Part shown: in pieces, positions 39,454 to 52,794 of the stretch | Layout of the letters: each line of letters starts with the position of its first letter | Position numbering within the stretch: the stretch's first letter is position 1 | Assembly: GCF_006345805.1 (NCBI RefSeq) | Contig: NC_043000.1 | Location: 137,082,001-137,146,000 of the forward strand | Direction: 5' to 3' | Source of the DNA: Octopus sinensis | Taxonomy: Eukaryota | DNA length: 64,000 nucleotides | Translations under genes and position numbers: made by a program | The notes under the pieces: generated by a model | What the model was told of the DNA's origin: nothing | What the model saw: only the letters and a program-made list of their open reading frames with translations | The model's database searches: none

Positions 39454-40539
39454 CTTTATCTATGAGCATTGATATTTGACTGTCTCTGAACAATACTGCG
39501 AATCCTCAACAATTATCGATCAAAATTTGCATATCTAAACCGCTCTCTCAATAATGCACGAAAGGAAAAAAAAGTCGTGTTGAAGGTCTCCCTGGGGAAA
39601 TATCTGTACATTTGTAATGCGTATTCTCAACCGAACAAATATACAATTGTATTATATATATATATATATATATATATATTTGAGTAGTTGAATGAATTAT
39701 CTTGGGCTCCGTGTGAGCAATCATCTGAAAGTTTTTTGTGCATTTTGATGTTGACATAAGTTCCTTGCTTTTCCTGATGAAAAAGCGGCATAATCTACTC
39801 CTTATTCCTTCGCAATTAGGAATATGCAGCCTTCGAAACATATGTCGAAAATAAAGGAATTTTGTTAATTCGTCGTTCAGCTCCATTCTTTCATATATAT
39901 ATATATATATATGCCTACGAGTTCGACAAGCTATCGGTATGACAGCAGCGGTTGATAGACATAATTATATGTACATAGCCTTTTAATTTCTAATTTTCAA
40001 TGAACAGGTCATTACGAACAAGATTGTTCTTTAATACTTAGAAACTAAAGTTTAATAACTTGCAAAGAAATTTAGCGATTTAAGTTTAACTAAATCCAAA
40101 TACAACAAAAACTAAAAACAAAGCAGCTTCCCACTCGTCTAGCAAACCGGAAAATGCTGTGCATATATAGAAATCAAAATTCAGTTCATTGCTTACTTCC
40201 CGACTCAATTTCGTCATAACTTTCTTAATGCATACTTTTAAGTATGAAATTTTGCCTATTCAAACGTGCTCCCTAACGGTTTTGTTCAGTCACGAATTTC
40301 TTAATAATGTATATTTTTATAACATTTATCCGACATACATTCTTGAAGGCGTAGATCACGATTACGTTAATGAACATTTTTAAAAAGAATCATTTTTGTA
40401 TAAATTCAGAAAAGAACAATAAAAATAACAATAAAACAATCCAAAGCTTTTTAATTATTGAAACTCTACTGGAATATATATATACAGAGCCCCAATGTTT
40501 ACTACTCTATATTTGTGTGTGTGTGTGTATAGATATAGA

Positions 40540-40540
40540 G

Positions 40541-40576
<36 letters not shown>

Positions 40577-40641
40577 GTATATATATATAATATTATTTGT
40601 ATATATATATATATTATATTTGTATATATATATATATATTG

Positions 40642-40677
<36 letters not shown>

Positions 40678-40756
40678 TGTATATATTTGTATATATATAT
40701 ATATTTGTATATATATATATATTTATAATATATATATATTTGTATATATATATATT

Positions 40757-40787
<31 letters not shown>

Positions 40788-41245
40788 TGGTATATATATA
40801 ATATATGTATATATATATATATATATATTGGTATATATATTATATTTGTATATATATATATATTTGTATATATATATAATATATATATATTTGTATATAA
40901 TATATATATATATATAATTTGTATATATATATATTTGTATATATAATATATATATATATATTTGTATATATATATATATATATATATTTGTATATATATA
41001 TATAATATATTTGTATTATATATTTGTATATTATATATATATATATATTTGTATTATATATATATATATTTGTATATAATATATATATTTGTATATGTAT
41101 ATATATATATTTGTATATGTATATATATATATTTGTATATGTATATATATATATATATGTATACATTTATATATTTATATGTATACATTTATATATTTAT
41201 ATGTATACATATATATATATATATATATAATATATATATATATAT
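40540..41245. repeat. (TA)n array punctuated by recurrent TTTG
   Basis: Direct observation. Confidence 0.97.
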
Positions 41246-42883
41246 TGCATCCCGGCCGATGCAAAGATATTTATTTAAATGGCGGTGCCCCAGCATGGCC
41301 ACAGCTCATAAGCTGAAACTAGAATCAATCAATCAATCAATCATATATATACACATACATACATACATACATATATATATTACATGGAAAAATGCAAGCG
41401 TGAAAATTAATATTCTTAATATTATAAACCTGGAAAAGTACAGAACAACTTATTACACCTGTAAAAGTAGAGGGCAAACTATTACTTCAAGTATAATAAA
41501 GGATAAGAAACATTTTACTTAAAATATTGCAGCAAAGAATGCCACTTCTTCTAATTTATCATCGTTTACAGTTCTCATCTTTCTAATTTATTGTACAAAA
41601 CTGTTCAGCTAATTTGTAAGTTTGTCTAATTAGTAATTTTTTCTGTATATAAGTTAGTAAATTAGCCAAATTCTACTTAAAATATGTATAATGTTATTTG
41701 TAAACTATAATAAATAATTTTAATTTTAGCTGCAATATTTTAAGTAAAAAGTTTTTTATTCTTTACTTGAAGTAATAGGTTATCGTATATTTTTACGGTT
41801 GTAATAACTTTCCTCTACTTTTCCAGGTTTATAATCTTAAGAATATTACTTTTCATGCTCGCATTTTTCCATGTAATCCATGATTTTTCTAGGCATTGCT
41901 GTTATAAGATAATTAATAATGTGCCAATAATTTAAGATGTTACCTTATAAAATACTGAAAGATAATATTTCAATTTTTTCATGTAAGCGATAATATTTCA
42001 AATTTTTACGTTAAGATTAAACCCTGTTCTATGTAACACATTCTACCAGTATCGGAAGTTTGGAAGTGTTTAATTAAAAAAGGAAATTAATTAGATAATC
42101 TCTACGTCTAATTGAATATATCCGAAATGGATGAAAGGCAAAGTCGAGCTGGACGGAATTTGAACTCAGACGCAATACCGCTTATAAAATACGAAATCTT
42201 TTCAAAAACTTTAAGAGTAAACCCTGCTCTATGTGACACATTCTACTAGTATCGGAAGTTTGAAAGTGTTTAGTTAAAAAAAAAGTTAATGAAATAATCT
42301 GTACATCAAAGTCGAGTTCGGCGAGATTTGAACTCAAAAACCTAACTACAGACGAAGTACAGTTAAGCCTTTCACCAGGCGCACTAACGTTTCCGCTTGC
42401 TCGCCACTTCGGTAAATAAACATTGATTTTAGAAATATATTCTTTATTCTTACATTCTTATAGTCAAGAAATTTTGTAACATTTTACCTCATAACTCTTT
42501 TTCTACTAAATTTTGTTCAATGCGACTAGTGATTCTGAATTCCTCGTGCATTTTTCTATTATTTAAACCTAAGAAAGGTATACTCTTAATTTAAAATTAA
42601 AAAGTTTATGTTAATTGAAAGTGAATAGGTGCCTTGCTGCCCCCACCCCTTGAGGTCGCAGATATTTTGATATAACGTTTTTTCTACTGAACCAAATCTC
42701 AAACTATTTATGCCAAAGTGTAGCTGAGGAGGTGTCTTCTTTAAAACGGTTAACAGTTTGCAATTTAGTTGAGAACTGAATTAGTAGTGAAGTTTGGAAG
42801 CTGTTGCGATTGACGAAATGGTGAACTTAAGAATGTATCCAACCACTACCGTGGTTGAATGATATATATATATATAATATATA

Positions 42884-42949
<66 letters not shown>

Positions 42950-43010
42950 AAATTTTTACACGCTAGGCCACTAGTAATGGAAATTTCTAATATTTTTGAT
43001 TACCCATTGA

Positions 43011-43054
<44 letters not shown>

Positions 43055-43539
43055 TCATAAGTTGGCATATGTAAATGCTAAATGAACTCTATTTTTGCAA
43101 ACTGTTGATGAAATGTCAAATGTTAGGTTTCCAAGTCTGCCCCAAAAGATTACTCTTTAAGCAAATTCAAAGAAGAGAGCAATGAGTTGAATTGTTGAAG
43201 AATACGAAAACTCAGGAGTTTCTATCCCTTCTCTTCGTCTGAGAAAAAGAATGGAAGCGGTACTGTCATTTTGGCTGTAAGGCATGAACTTTAGATCCTA
43301 TCCCGAACATAGTGAACGAACAGTATGGATGAAATGTCTGTTGTTGCTATAGAAATAGGAAACTTGATGTCCTGTTATTTATTAACTATGTATTTGCTTT
43401 TTTGTTTGAGTAGACACTTTATTTTATGTGACTTACTCCACTCGACTGTCAATTATAGATAGCAGATTTATTGGACGCAATGACGTGACTGAAAAATCAA
43501 AGACAAAACGGATAAAGGATTGCTAATACCATTCTTATA

Positions 43540-43573
<34 letters not shown>

Positions 43574-44209
43574 CATACCATTATATCTGCGTGTGTGTGT
43601 GTGTGTGTGTGTATTAATTGATAAATACTTATGAGGAAACGTCAGCTCCATCTGTACAGTGGTGATTTGTATGAACGTTGGGATTTCTGGAGACATAACA
43701 TCATAAGTCGCTTAGCTGATAACATAACGTCTCATCACTTTGCACAATTATAGACAGTTCTTGCTTTTATTATTATGAATACTAAATGAAAACCGAAGAG
43801 CAATTATATATATGCTCATTCATGCGATGCGTGAAACTGTTCATTTCCCTAATATACCGAGTCAGCAAAATACTTCCGATTCGATATCGATATTTTCACT
43901 GTACAGCAGTCACAAATGTCACAAACGGTACGGACTTTTAACGCTGCATTTCTTCCAACGCCTACGGTCACTCGGCCTACTATAGTTTGGGCGGTTGAAT
44001 TAATCCATCACATGGGTATCTGTAGGATAAATTAATCCATTACACTAGGTGGTAATACAGTTATTAATTATCCGTAGAAAGCCTTCGGTTTCAGAATAGC
44101 TCCATGTATTTGGAGGACCCGCAATGAAAATTATGGATGTTGCTTGTCCTCTTCTCACCAAGCAATGAAAAGAATATAAAAAGGGTTTTCTGAGTAACTT
44201 TATATATTA

Positions 44210-44560
44210 GTCAGAGTGGTGTTCTCACTTTGGTTGTTGTTTTTACTACGTTTGGGATGTGTACGCTCCAGGTTTCTTCAGGCATCATGTGATTAACATT
44301 TGTGCCTTGCCTGAGATTGAACCTGTAGATGGCTGCACTGCGTTAACTAGCGTCTTTATCCACTACACTGTGCCCGTAGTCAGTGTCAGTGAATTTTTAA
44401 CGTTTATAAACTTTCATTGATGTCTAATGCTAATCCCAGACAAGGCACTATGCTCAATTACAAGACACCTGAAGAAGACTGGAGCGTACACAGCCGAAAC
44501 GTATTGAAAGCGACAATCAATATGAGGACAGCACTCGAACTAATACATAATACGTAACTA
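44210..44560. mobile_element. Head-to-head pair of old tRNA-headed HHR-tail SINEs (44210-44375 minus; ~44400-44560 plus)
   Basis: Plus: GACAC-CTGAAGA-A-GACTG..CAGCC-GAAACGTA at 44464-44503; minus CTGAAGA at 44281-44275; tRNA-like head 44375-44300. Confidence 0.65.
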
Positions 44561-44699
44561 TATTTTGTTTATCGTTAAATACTATACAGCTTAAGTATCC
44601 ATGAATATAATGACCGAACGATTTTGGTCCACCACAAAGAAATATTGCTTTGTTTGTGTCCACACCCACCAGAAAACGACAGAACAGACAACTGTGTAT

Positions 44700-44835
44700 C
44701 AAGATGGCGAATTAGCGGAATCGTTAGGAAGTCGAATAGAAAACTTTACGACATTAATTTCAAATTGCCGTTCCCTGTGTGTTCACATCACTCCGAGGTC
44801 GACTTTGCTTTTCATCTTTTCGGGCTCGATAAAAA
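44700..44835 (+). mobile_element. Family-B SINE, diverged partial
   Basis: GAGGTCGACTTTGCTTTTCATC..CGATAAAA. Confidence 0.75.
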
Positions 44836-45509
44836 AAGTTCTAGTCTAGAGCGGTGGATTAGCGGACTGTAAGAACGATGGGCCAGATTCCTTGGACGAT
44901 TTTATTGTGATCTTCAGTATTCTCTTGTCGTAATATACTATATATATATATATATATTTAGCCCGGGTGACGCATTTGGATATCCTGAAGCCAGAAGCCA
45001 GACTCGAATGACTACAACAGAATAGGGTGAAGCCTACTCTGTTGTAGCCATTCAAATCTGGCTTCTGGCTTCAGGATATCTTTTTTCCTTCTCACCCGTT
45101 TCGATGGTATTATTACGGGTCACGAAGAGTCACTTCTTTACCGACTACATTTACAGTAATGCCTCAATGTACTAGTTAATTTCTTCCGGAGACTGTTCGT
45201 AAAGCAGAACAATAATTTCCCATAGTAGCAATACTATAAATTGCAATTCGTTCCCAGAAAAAATATTTTACTTACAGAATTTATAATACTCGTAAATAAA
45301 TGGCAATAAAACAACAGCAGAATGTAAAGAATATTTTATGTAAAGTAAAAAGAATGTCAAGATCATTTACAATAAAAAACATTATTATTACAATCGTTTG
45401 CTGAATCACTTTCACTCCTACAAGACTCGCGCAGACCATCACTTATAGACGCGATCGTAGACGGACTGGTAGATTTCTTTTTAAAAAACAAGTCTAGAGT
45501 TGTTTGATT

Positions 45510-45902
45510 ACTCTTTTACTCTTTTACTTGTTTCAGCCATTTGACTGTGGCCATGCTGGAGCACCGCCTTTAGTCGATCAAATCGACCCCAGGACTTATT
45601 CTTTGTAAGCCTAGTACTTATTCTATCGGTGTCTTTTGCCGAACCGCTAAGTTACGAGGACATAACCACACCGGCATCGGTTGTCAAGCGATGTTGGGGG
45701 GGGGGACAAACACAGACACACACACACACACACACATATATATACGACGGGATTCTTTCAGTTTCCGCCTACCAAATCCATTCACAAGGCTTTAGTCGGC
45801 CCGAGGCTATAGTAGAAGACGCTTGCTCAAGGTGCCACGCAGTGGGACTGAACCCTGAACCATGTGGTTCGTAAGCAAGCTACTTACCACACTGCCACTC
45901 CT
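45510..45902 (-). mobile_element. Family-A SINE, full
   Basis: Head/core/tail. Confidence 0.92.
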
Positions 45903-46086
45903 AGAAGCTTTTTTTTTTTCGCTCTCACTAATTTTTCCAGTGACATTTGTTATGGTAGTAGAAACTTTTTATGATCTTATGTTTATCATAAAATAAAGTT
46001 CGTAAAGCCGAGGTCTCGTAAAGCGGTGCTCGTAAAGTGAAGTGATCTAACCAAAGTGATCTAACCAAACCATCAGCGACGGAGCA

Positions 46087-46132
46087 GTCAATACTGATGA
46101 GTTAAGCGAAACTAGCTAGATAGTATGGTGAC
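46087..46132 (+). ncRNA. Type I hammerhead ribozyme motif with canonical core and true stem III
   Basis: GTCAATA-CTGATGA-G(TTAAG)C-GAA-ACTA(GCTAGA)TAGT-A-TGGTGAC; GUA cleavage triplet, stem I 6/7 paired, weak stem II. Confidence 0.6.
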
Positions 46133-46332
46133 CTCACTTGCTGTGGGGCAGTTATCTCCACTGTCAGTGCATAGACATGTACTTCTTTTGCGGCTATAAG
46201 GGTCTTCGACTCTTGTTTCTAGCAATGTAGATGTTACCCCGCCTCCCCAGTCACTATTAGTAACAACTGAAATTTTCCTTTTTGACTTTTTATTGCGTGA
46301 AGCCGCTGTAGCCGCCTTCGTTATTTTATGCC

Positions 46333-46370
<38 letters not shown>

Positions 46371-46991
46371 ATATATGTATTAATTTATATATATGTGTGT
46401 GTTTATAGGTGTGTGTGTGTGTGTGTGCGTGCGTGCGTGTGATAAATGAAAAATGCATTAAATTCTACAAAACTTACGTGTAGGACAGACAGAGAAGGAC
46501 CCTAATTCTTTATCGTTTATCGACCAAAAATACTAATACTCAGTTTCGTGCCTTTAACGATAAGACTGCGAACTTCCGTATATCGGTTGCACCCGCAAGG
46601 GTGGACGTACGAAAGTAAACAAATGTGATTTGAAAAAGTAGACGAACACGAGAATGATGGGTAACGCCTTTAAGACAGAAGAAAATGTTGACCGTCAGGC
46701 TAAGTGTCCGGTAACGAAAAAGCAGAGATGGGAGAATTAGTCACGGGTCACGTGTGGGCAGTAGATAGAAAGGAAGAAGGATAAGAAAAAGAGAGAGGGA
46801 GAGAGAGTATTTCTATATTCACCATAAGGTTGAGAAAAAGAGGGGACAAAACAAACGATGGGGTCAGGGTATCGAATGAGACGAAACATATGAATAAACA
46901 AACAATTAAAATATATACAATTAAATGAGAATGAGTGATTAACAAAAAATGAAGCGGAGGGCGTGGTTGACCCCACAAACCACATACTCAC

Positions 46992-47074
46992 ACTGAAGAC
47001 TTTGATTTCTCCTTTTCAACATTCCCGATTAAACAGGTTCTTTCACTCGCAACATACTTGCTATAGACTTCCAT
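46992..47074 (-). CDS. Candidate first coding segment MEVYSKYVASERTCLIGNVEKEKSKSS in exon 47234-46992
   Basis: Acceptor TTTTCTTTCGGTAG|, AAGATGG context, consensus donor |GTGAGT. Confidence 0.3.
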
Positions 47075-47675
47075 CTTTTACGAAACACACTTTGCGACAA
47101 GCATTTCTTCTCCAGCCTTATTTTCCGTTTCATGTGGAAAACGAAAAAGTCGATTAGCTCGAGACTGGAGATAAACATGCCTGTTGCAATTCCTTTTACT
47201 CTCGTCTTCCACACTACTTCTTTCGCCATAGCAACTACCGAAAGAAAACAGGCTAGAGAGCGCAGCAGATATAAAATGACAAGAGTACGCACACAATGTG
47301 TGTATGTGTGTAGATTGAGTAGAAGAAAGCTTTTAAGTTTCATCTACACATGCATATTTAATTTGTGGAGACGAACAAGTTGTATGTGACAATTTCACTC
47401 AGACAGAATAAAATGTCTACATTTTCTTTGCATTACTGTATTTTTAGTTCTCTTTAAACTTTAGCTACTGTTGATGTCTATGTTTAGCCCTAGGCAGGTC
47501 AATCTCGGACGGGCAAAGATTTATGATCAAAATTATTCCGGTTACGAGAATCCCGAATGTTTTAGAGCAGGGATTCGAACATAAGGCGTGCAGGGTTTCA
47601 TCCGGCACGCGTGATGGCTTTGAAAAGTGTAAAAATTATATTATTTATTTACTTGCTTATTTATTTACTTACTAT

Positions 47676-48116
47676 AGGCGCAGGAGTGGCTGTGGTGGTA
47701 GTAGCTTGCTAAACAACCACATGGTTCTGGGTCAGTCCCACTGCGTGGCACCTTGGGCAAGTGTTTTCTACTATAGCCTCGGGCCGACCAATGCCTTGTG
47801 AGGGATTTGGTAGACGGAAACTGAAAGAAGCCCGTCGTATTATTATATATATATAATATATATATATATAATATATATATATATATTAGTGGTGTGTGTG
47901 TGTGTATGTGTTTGTCCCCCCTAGCATTGCTTGACAACCGATGCTGGTGTGTTTATGTCTCCGTTACTTAGCGGTTCGGCAAAAGAGACCGATAGAATAA
48001 GTACTGGGCTTACAAAAGAATAAGTCCCGGGGTCGAGTTGCTCAATTAAAGGCGGTGCTCCGGCATGGCCGCAGTCAAATGACTGAAACAAATAAAAGAG
48101 TAAAAAGAGTAAGAGT
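47676..48116 (+). mobile_element. Family-A SINE, full
   Basis: Head/core/tail. Confidence 0.92.
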
Positions 48117-48221
48117 ATATTGTATTGAAATAAATATATTTAAAAAAAAATTAATTCAATGACTAACAACGTGTTTTTTTTTTTTCAGGTCAGCATTTTG
48201 CTCGGTTTCCCCTTATCGAAA

Positions 48222-48430
48222 ATGTCTTTGTTAAAAAGGAGAAAAGTGAATACAGAGTGTAGATTATTTGAAGAAAAGTGGTTTTTTTTAACTATTTACT
48301 CATTGAGGTGAATGGAAAACTTGTGTGCTTGGTGTTTTCGCAGCAGGGTTTCTGTGCTCAAAGAATATGACATTCGGCATCACTACGAGACTCGTTATGC
48401 TGACAAATACTATAACTTGCAATCGGTGAG
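48222..48430 (+). pseudogene. hAT (Charlie/SPIN, GTF2IRD2-like) transposase N-terminus, frameshifted
   Basis: MSLLKRRKVNTECRLFEEKW / IEVNGKLVCLV / VSVLKEYDIRHHYETRYADKY; upstream T-tract CAG acceptor at 48188. Confidence 0.85.
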
Positions 48431-48459
48431 AGGACAGACACAAAACACAAAGGTACAAC

Positions 48460-48884
48460 ACATACACACACACACACACACACAAACACACGCGCACACA
48501 CACACACATGCACGCACACACATGCACACACACACATGCACACACACACATGCACACACACACATGCACACACACATGCACACACACACATGCACACACA
48601 CACATGCACCCACACACATGCACACACACACACATGCACACACACACATGTACACACACACACATGCACACACACACATGCACACACAGACATGCACACA
48701 CACACATGCACACACACACATGCACACACACACACACGCACACACACACGCACACACATGCACACACTCACATGCACACACACATGTACACACACACATG
48801 CACACACACAAGCACACACACACGCACACACACACATGCACACACACACAACACACACACACACACACTCTCTCTCTCTTCCTT

Positions 48885-48919
<35 letters not shown>

Positions 48920-48920
48920 T
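48460..48920. repeat. (CACACACATG)n-type array
   Basis: Direct observation. Confidence 0.97.
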
Positions 48921-49066
48921 TTTCCGCCTGCCAGATCCACTCACAAGGCTCTGGTCAGTTCAAAGACTCAATAGAAGAAGCTTGCCCAAGGTATCACGCA
49001 GCGGGACTGAACCAGAAACCATGTTACTGGGAAGCAAATTTCTTACCACACAGCCATCCCTACGCC
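48918..49066 (-). mobile_element. Family-A SINE 5' part
   Basis: Head and core. Confidence 0.8.
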
Positions 49067-49584
49067 TACATTGGACATATTTTAAAGATTTTTAGGGTGT
49101 ACTTCGAGAGTGTTTACCTGCTATTTCTTGCACCCCAAGCAACACCGTTTGAAGCTTCCTCGTTACGGATTGCAGTATACATGTTGTTGTTGTCTTTGTT
49201 ATTGATATCATTTGTGTCCTCAATCTTATCTTCAAGTCTCCTCACGCTACTTTACCCATTTACAATAAACGAGCCAAGCATTTATTTCGAATGCATTCAT
49301 ACACACAATCTATTTATGCCTAGTTTTCCATGTGTATTCACAAAGCATGAAATGTGCAGCTAATTTCTCTTGCATTGTGTACACACACATATATATACAT
49401 ACATTTGACACGTTCGCTGCGCACATCCCGAACATGTATTTGCCTATTTTACTTTGGTTTTAGTTTTGTACATGGTTATTTTTTTACGTACAAACTTATT
49501 AATGCACATGCAGGAATATATATCAAAAGGGATGGAAGAAGTCAGATAAAGATAAGGATAGTTAAAGAGGGATTTAGACACAGA

Positions 49585-49585
49585 A

Positions 49586-49625
<40 letters not shown>

Positions 49626-49626
49626 G

Positions 49627-49689
<63 letters not shown>

Positions 49690-49720
49690 GTAAATAGTTA
49701 GATAGATAGATAGATAGAAA
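49585..49720. repeat. (GATA)n
   Basis: Direct observation. Confidence 0.98.
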
Positions 49721-50373
49721 GATATGCTAATTTGTATTTTACACATGCATATGTAGTTAGCTCAGTTCAAAACCTAATGTAACAGGTCGATGTGCAAAGG
49801 CTTCCCGTTTACACACACAACACACTACACACACATCGGGGATGCGTTGTTCAATGAATACTCACCGATTTTCCGGCTATGACCACCCCGCCTTTTTATC
49901 ATGCTTTTTATCATATATTTGAAACTATATCATTAATCCATTGTTATCCTTGATTAAGACGGTCAGGTGCAATAGGAAATAGATATGGCTGCAATTACTG
50001 AAAGCCTCTACCGTTGATCAGGTGGGAGCCCCGTTATATATTATATTATATTTTATGTATATATATATATATATATTATATATATATAAAATAAGAAAAT
50101 GGAGGAATATATTTTAATCAATCATCAACTACTAGATAATACCAATTCATATAATTTATTAACTAATTATATAGGAACATCCAAATCAAACATAGTAATA
50201 CAGAATAAAACAGTACACATCAATGAGTAATATAATACCGTAAGTACAATATGTATGAATAAATATAAATAAATATAAATATAAAATAGATCTTACAGCT
50301 GTTATATACACATACAAATAGAAAATTTGTATTTGTCAATCTCTCAACGAGAGACATTCAGTAATAGTACTCA

Positions 50374-50644
50374 AAAGATTATTTGCTAACATAAACTGGC
50401 AGTCCTGGTTTAGGATTAATCTTACTGTTATTTAGCCCCAGGAAACATCGTCTCCAGCTGGCTATACGACGTACAATTTGTGTGTTTATATTTTCGAACA
50501 AGGGATGCTAAACTCCTTTGTTCGAAAATATAAGGACACAGATAGTGTGTCATATAGCCAGCCGGAGACGATGTTTCCTGGGCTAAATAACGGTAACATT
50601 CGTCCTAAACCAGGACTGCCAAGTTATGTTGGCAAATAATCTTT
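50374..50644. repeat. Foldback element, ~130-bp arms, 8-nt loop
   Basis: AAAGATTATTTG..TTTTCGAACAAGGGA-TGCTAAAC-TCCTTTGTTCGAAAA..CAAATAATCTTT. Confidence 0.92.
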
Positions 50645-50664
50645 ACTATATATATATATATATA

Positions 50665-51570
50665 TAGTCTTGGCCAAAAGTACTAGGCCACCCCAATGTT
50701 TTGGGGTTCTGCTATCTCAGTGTTAATGAAACTCGTAGACATGGTAGATTATTGTATATTTCACAATATACTTTAGTTTGATCCCCCTTTAGCATCAATT
50801 ACCACTTTTATACGGTTAGGCATTGGATCAGTTAGTTTCTTGCAGGTGCTCGGCGCAATTTTACTCCATTCTTCTCTCAACTGTTGGTACAAATGCTCTT
50901 TATTTTTAATTGTTGTGTTCCTGATAGCTTCATCAAGAGTTCCCCGTAGGAGCTCGATCGGATTTAGATCAGGACATTGAGCTGGCCAGTCCATGGGAAC
51001 AATAATTTGTGTCTCAAGCCATTGACGAGTATTCATTGCTGTGCGACAGGGAGCGTTGTCCTGTTGAAAGATAACACGGTTTTCTGACACTCCTAGATCC
51101 AATTTAGCATCTGATGGCTCTAAAAATCCGATATAATAGTAACATAGGTAGCTGAATTAATCCTTCCTTGATATAGAAACATTTCTCTGGGTCCTGTGGC
51201 AGACATGCAGGCCGACACCATGATAGAACCAACCCCATGTTTCACAGTTGGTACCAGACGTTCAGCCTTAAATGCTTCCCCGGCTCTGGGACACACGAAA
51301 GTTGCACCAGATGTACCGAAAACCTGAGTAAACATGAAAAATAATATTAGCTTTATGTTGGATGCTTTTTATAAAAATATATTTTGGGTAACAAACCAGT
51401 TACATTAAGTTTATATGTTGATTGAATACATGTACTGTCTTACCTCGTACTTACTTTCATCAGACCAGAGGACTTTCAACTATTGTTCATTGGTCCAATT
51501 TGAGTGGTTTTTGGCCCACTGAAGACGTTTTTCCATATTCGCTTCAGAAACCCATGCCTTCTTCAGAAAC
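50665..51570 (-). mobile_element. Tc1 (DD34E) element, decayed, with TIR and a 120-nt intron
   Basis: TIR (T)AGTCTTGGCCAAAAGTACTAGGCCACC; WSDESKYE|VFG, TVKHGVGSIMV, FQQDNAP-34-E (SPDLNPIE-like CPDLNPIE). Confidence 0.93.
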
Positions 51571-51576
51571 ACACAC

Positions 51577-51626
<50 letters not shown>

Positions 51627-51775
51627 GTCAAAAATGAGGATGTAAATTTCCTCGTCAGGGATTTCTAATAAATCCGGATATCAGTTAGTGTTATCAATTA
51701 ATGTGATTTTTCTCCATATTCTTATATTTACTATCTATCTATATAGATAGAAAGATAATAAATATAAGAAATATA

Positions 51776-51819
<44 letters not shown>

Positions 51820-51827
<8 letters not shown>

Positions 51828-51980
51828 CACGACAAGCTTTTTCCAGTTTCCGTCTACCAGATCCGCTCACAAGGCTTTGGTCAGCCCGAGTCTATAGTAG
51901 AAGACATTTACCCAAAGTGCCACGCAGTGAGACTGAACCCGGAATCATGTGTTTGGGAAGTAAGCTTCTTACCACACTGC
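51820..51980 (-). mobile_element. Family-A SINE 5' part
   Basis: Head and core. Confidence 0.82.
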
Positions 51981-52419
51981 CTCAACTCGTTTATTTTTTT
52001 CATTTATTTATTTTGTTTACGTCAGTGACATTATACGAAAGCGACTTGATTGCCATTTCTTGACCAGGAAGGGGTCTCCTTCGAATTTCTTGTTATTGTT
52101 GTTGTTTAACTGTTTAACATTCAGATCTCTTTGTCAAAGCTAATGCTTTTTTTTATTCGCATTGTTTTGAATTGATCGTGCACTATCTCATAACTTTGAG
52201 ATTTCGATGATGTGATTGTTTATTATGAAAATCACATTGCGTGGTTGGTGTAAGAGGCCAGACATGGCTGATTTGAAGATAAAACTAGTTGACAATTTTA
52301 GCCGGATTTGGCCGGTTTATAATGCTGGCGGTGAGATTTTTATTCCTCCTTTCAGAGACGATATCCTTGCTGTTGGTGTTATTGTTCTTCATGATGTTGT
52401 TTAGCCCACGGTCTGTCCT

Positions 52420-52777
52420 AACATCGGAAGCACTTTATAAAATGATCATCTTCACTGGCTGTCACACGATTGGACCTAAATCTGAAATGGCAGCAACATG
52501 TGACAAACGAATGTCTTTATGGCGACCTGCCGAAAATTTGCGAGATCAAATAATGACGGCTGCGATTATCTGGTCACCCTGAACTGGAAGTATCCAAAGT
52601 AGTCTTGTGGATTCCACTTCATGGTGACGTAAGAAGAGGAAAACATTGTCACACTTACATCGAGAACTTGATTGTAGACACTGACCTGGAATGTATCCAG
52701 GACATTGAGGCAGTGATGATAGACCGAGAAGTGTGGTGGGTAGATTTTGTTGTTGCGGCCCAGGTTGGAACCCAGCC
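52420..52777 (+). mobile_element. RTE-clade LINE 3' remnant
   Basis: LYGDLPKI..RLRLSGH..LWIPLHGDVRRGK..TYIENLIVDT..MIDREVW. Confidence 0.8.
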
Positions 52778-52794
52778 ATGATAATAATAATGAA

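Noticed and set aside
47078-47296. Minus ORF with hydrophobic start and KR site (secreted-peptide-like)
   Set aside because: Begins with a non-ATG codon in a TG repeat and crosses a likely acceptor; weak signal peptide
49940-50030. Possible HHR on minus strand (CTGATCA..GGCT..AGCC) and AACAGCTGTAAG at ~50305
   Set aside because: Core mutated and no GAAA after the stem; second motif truncated
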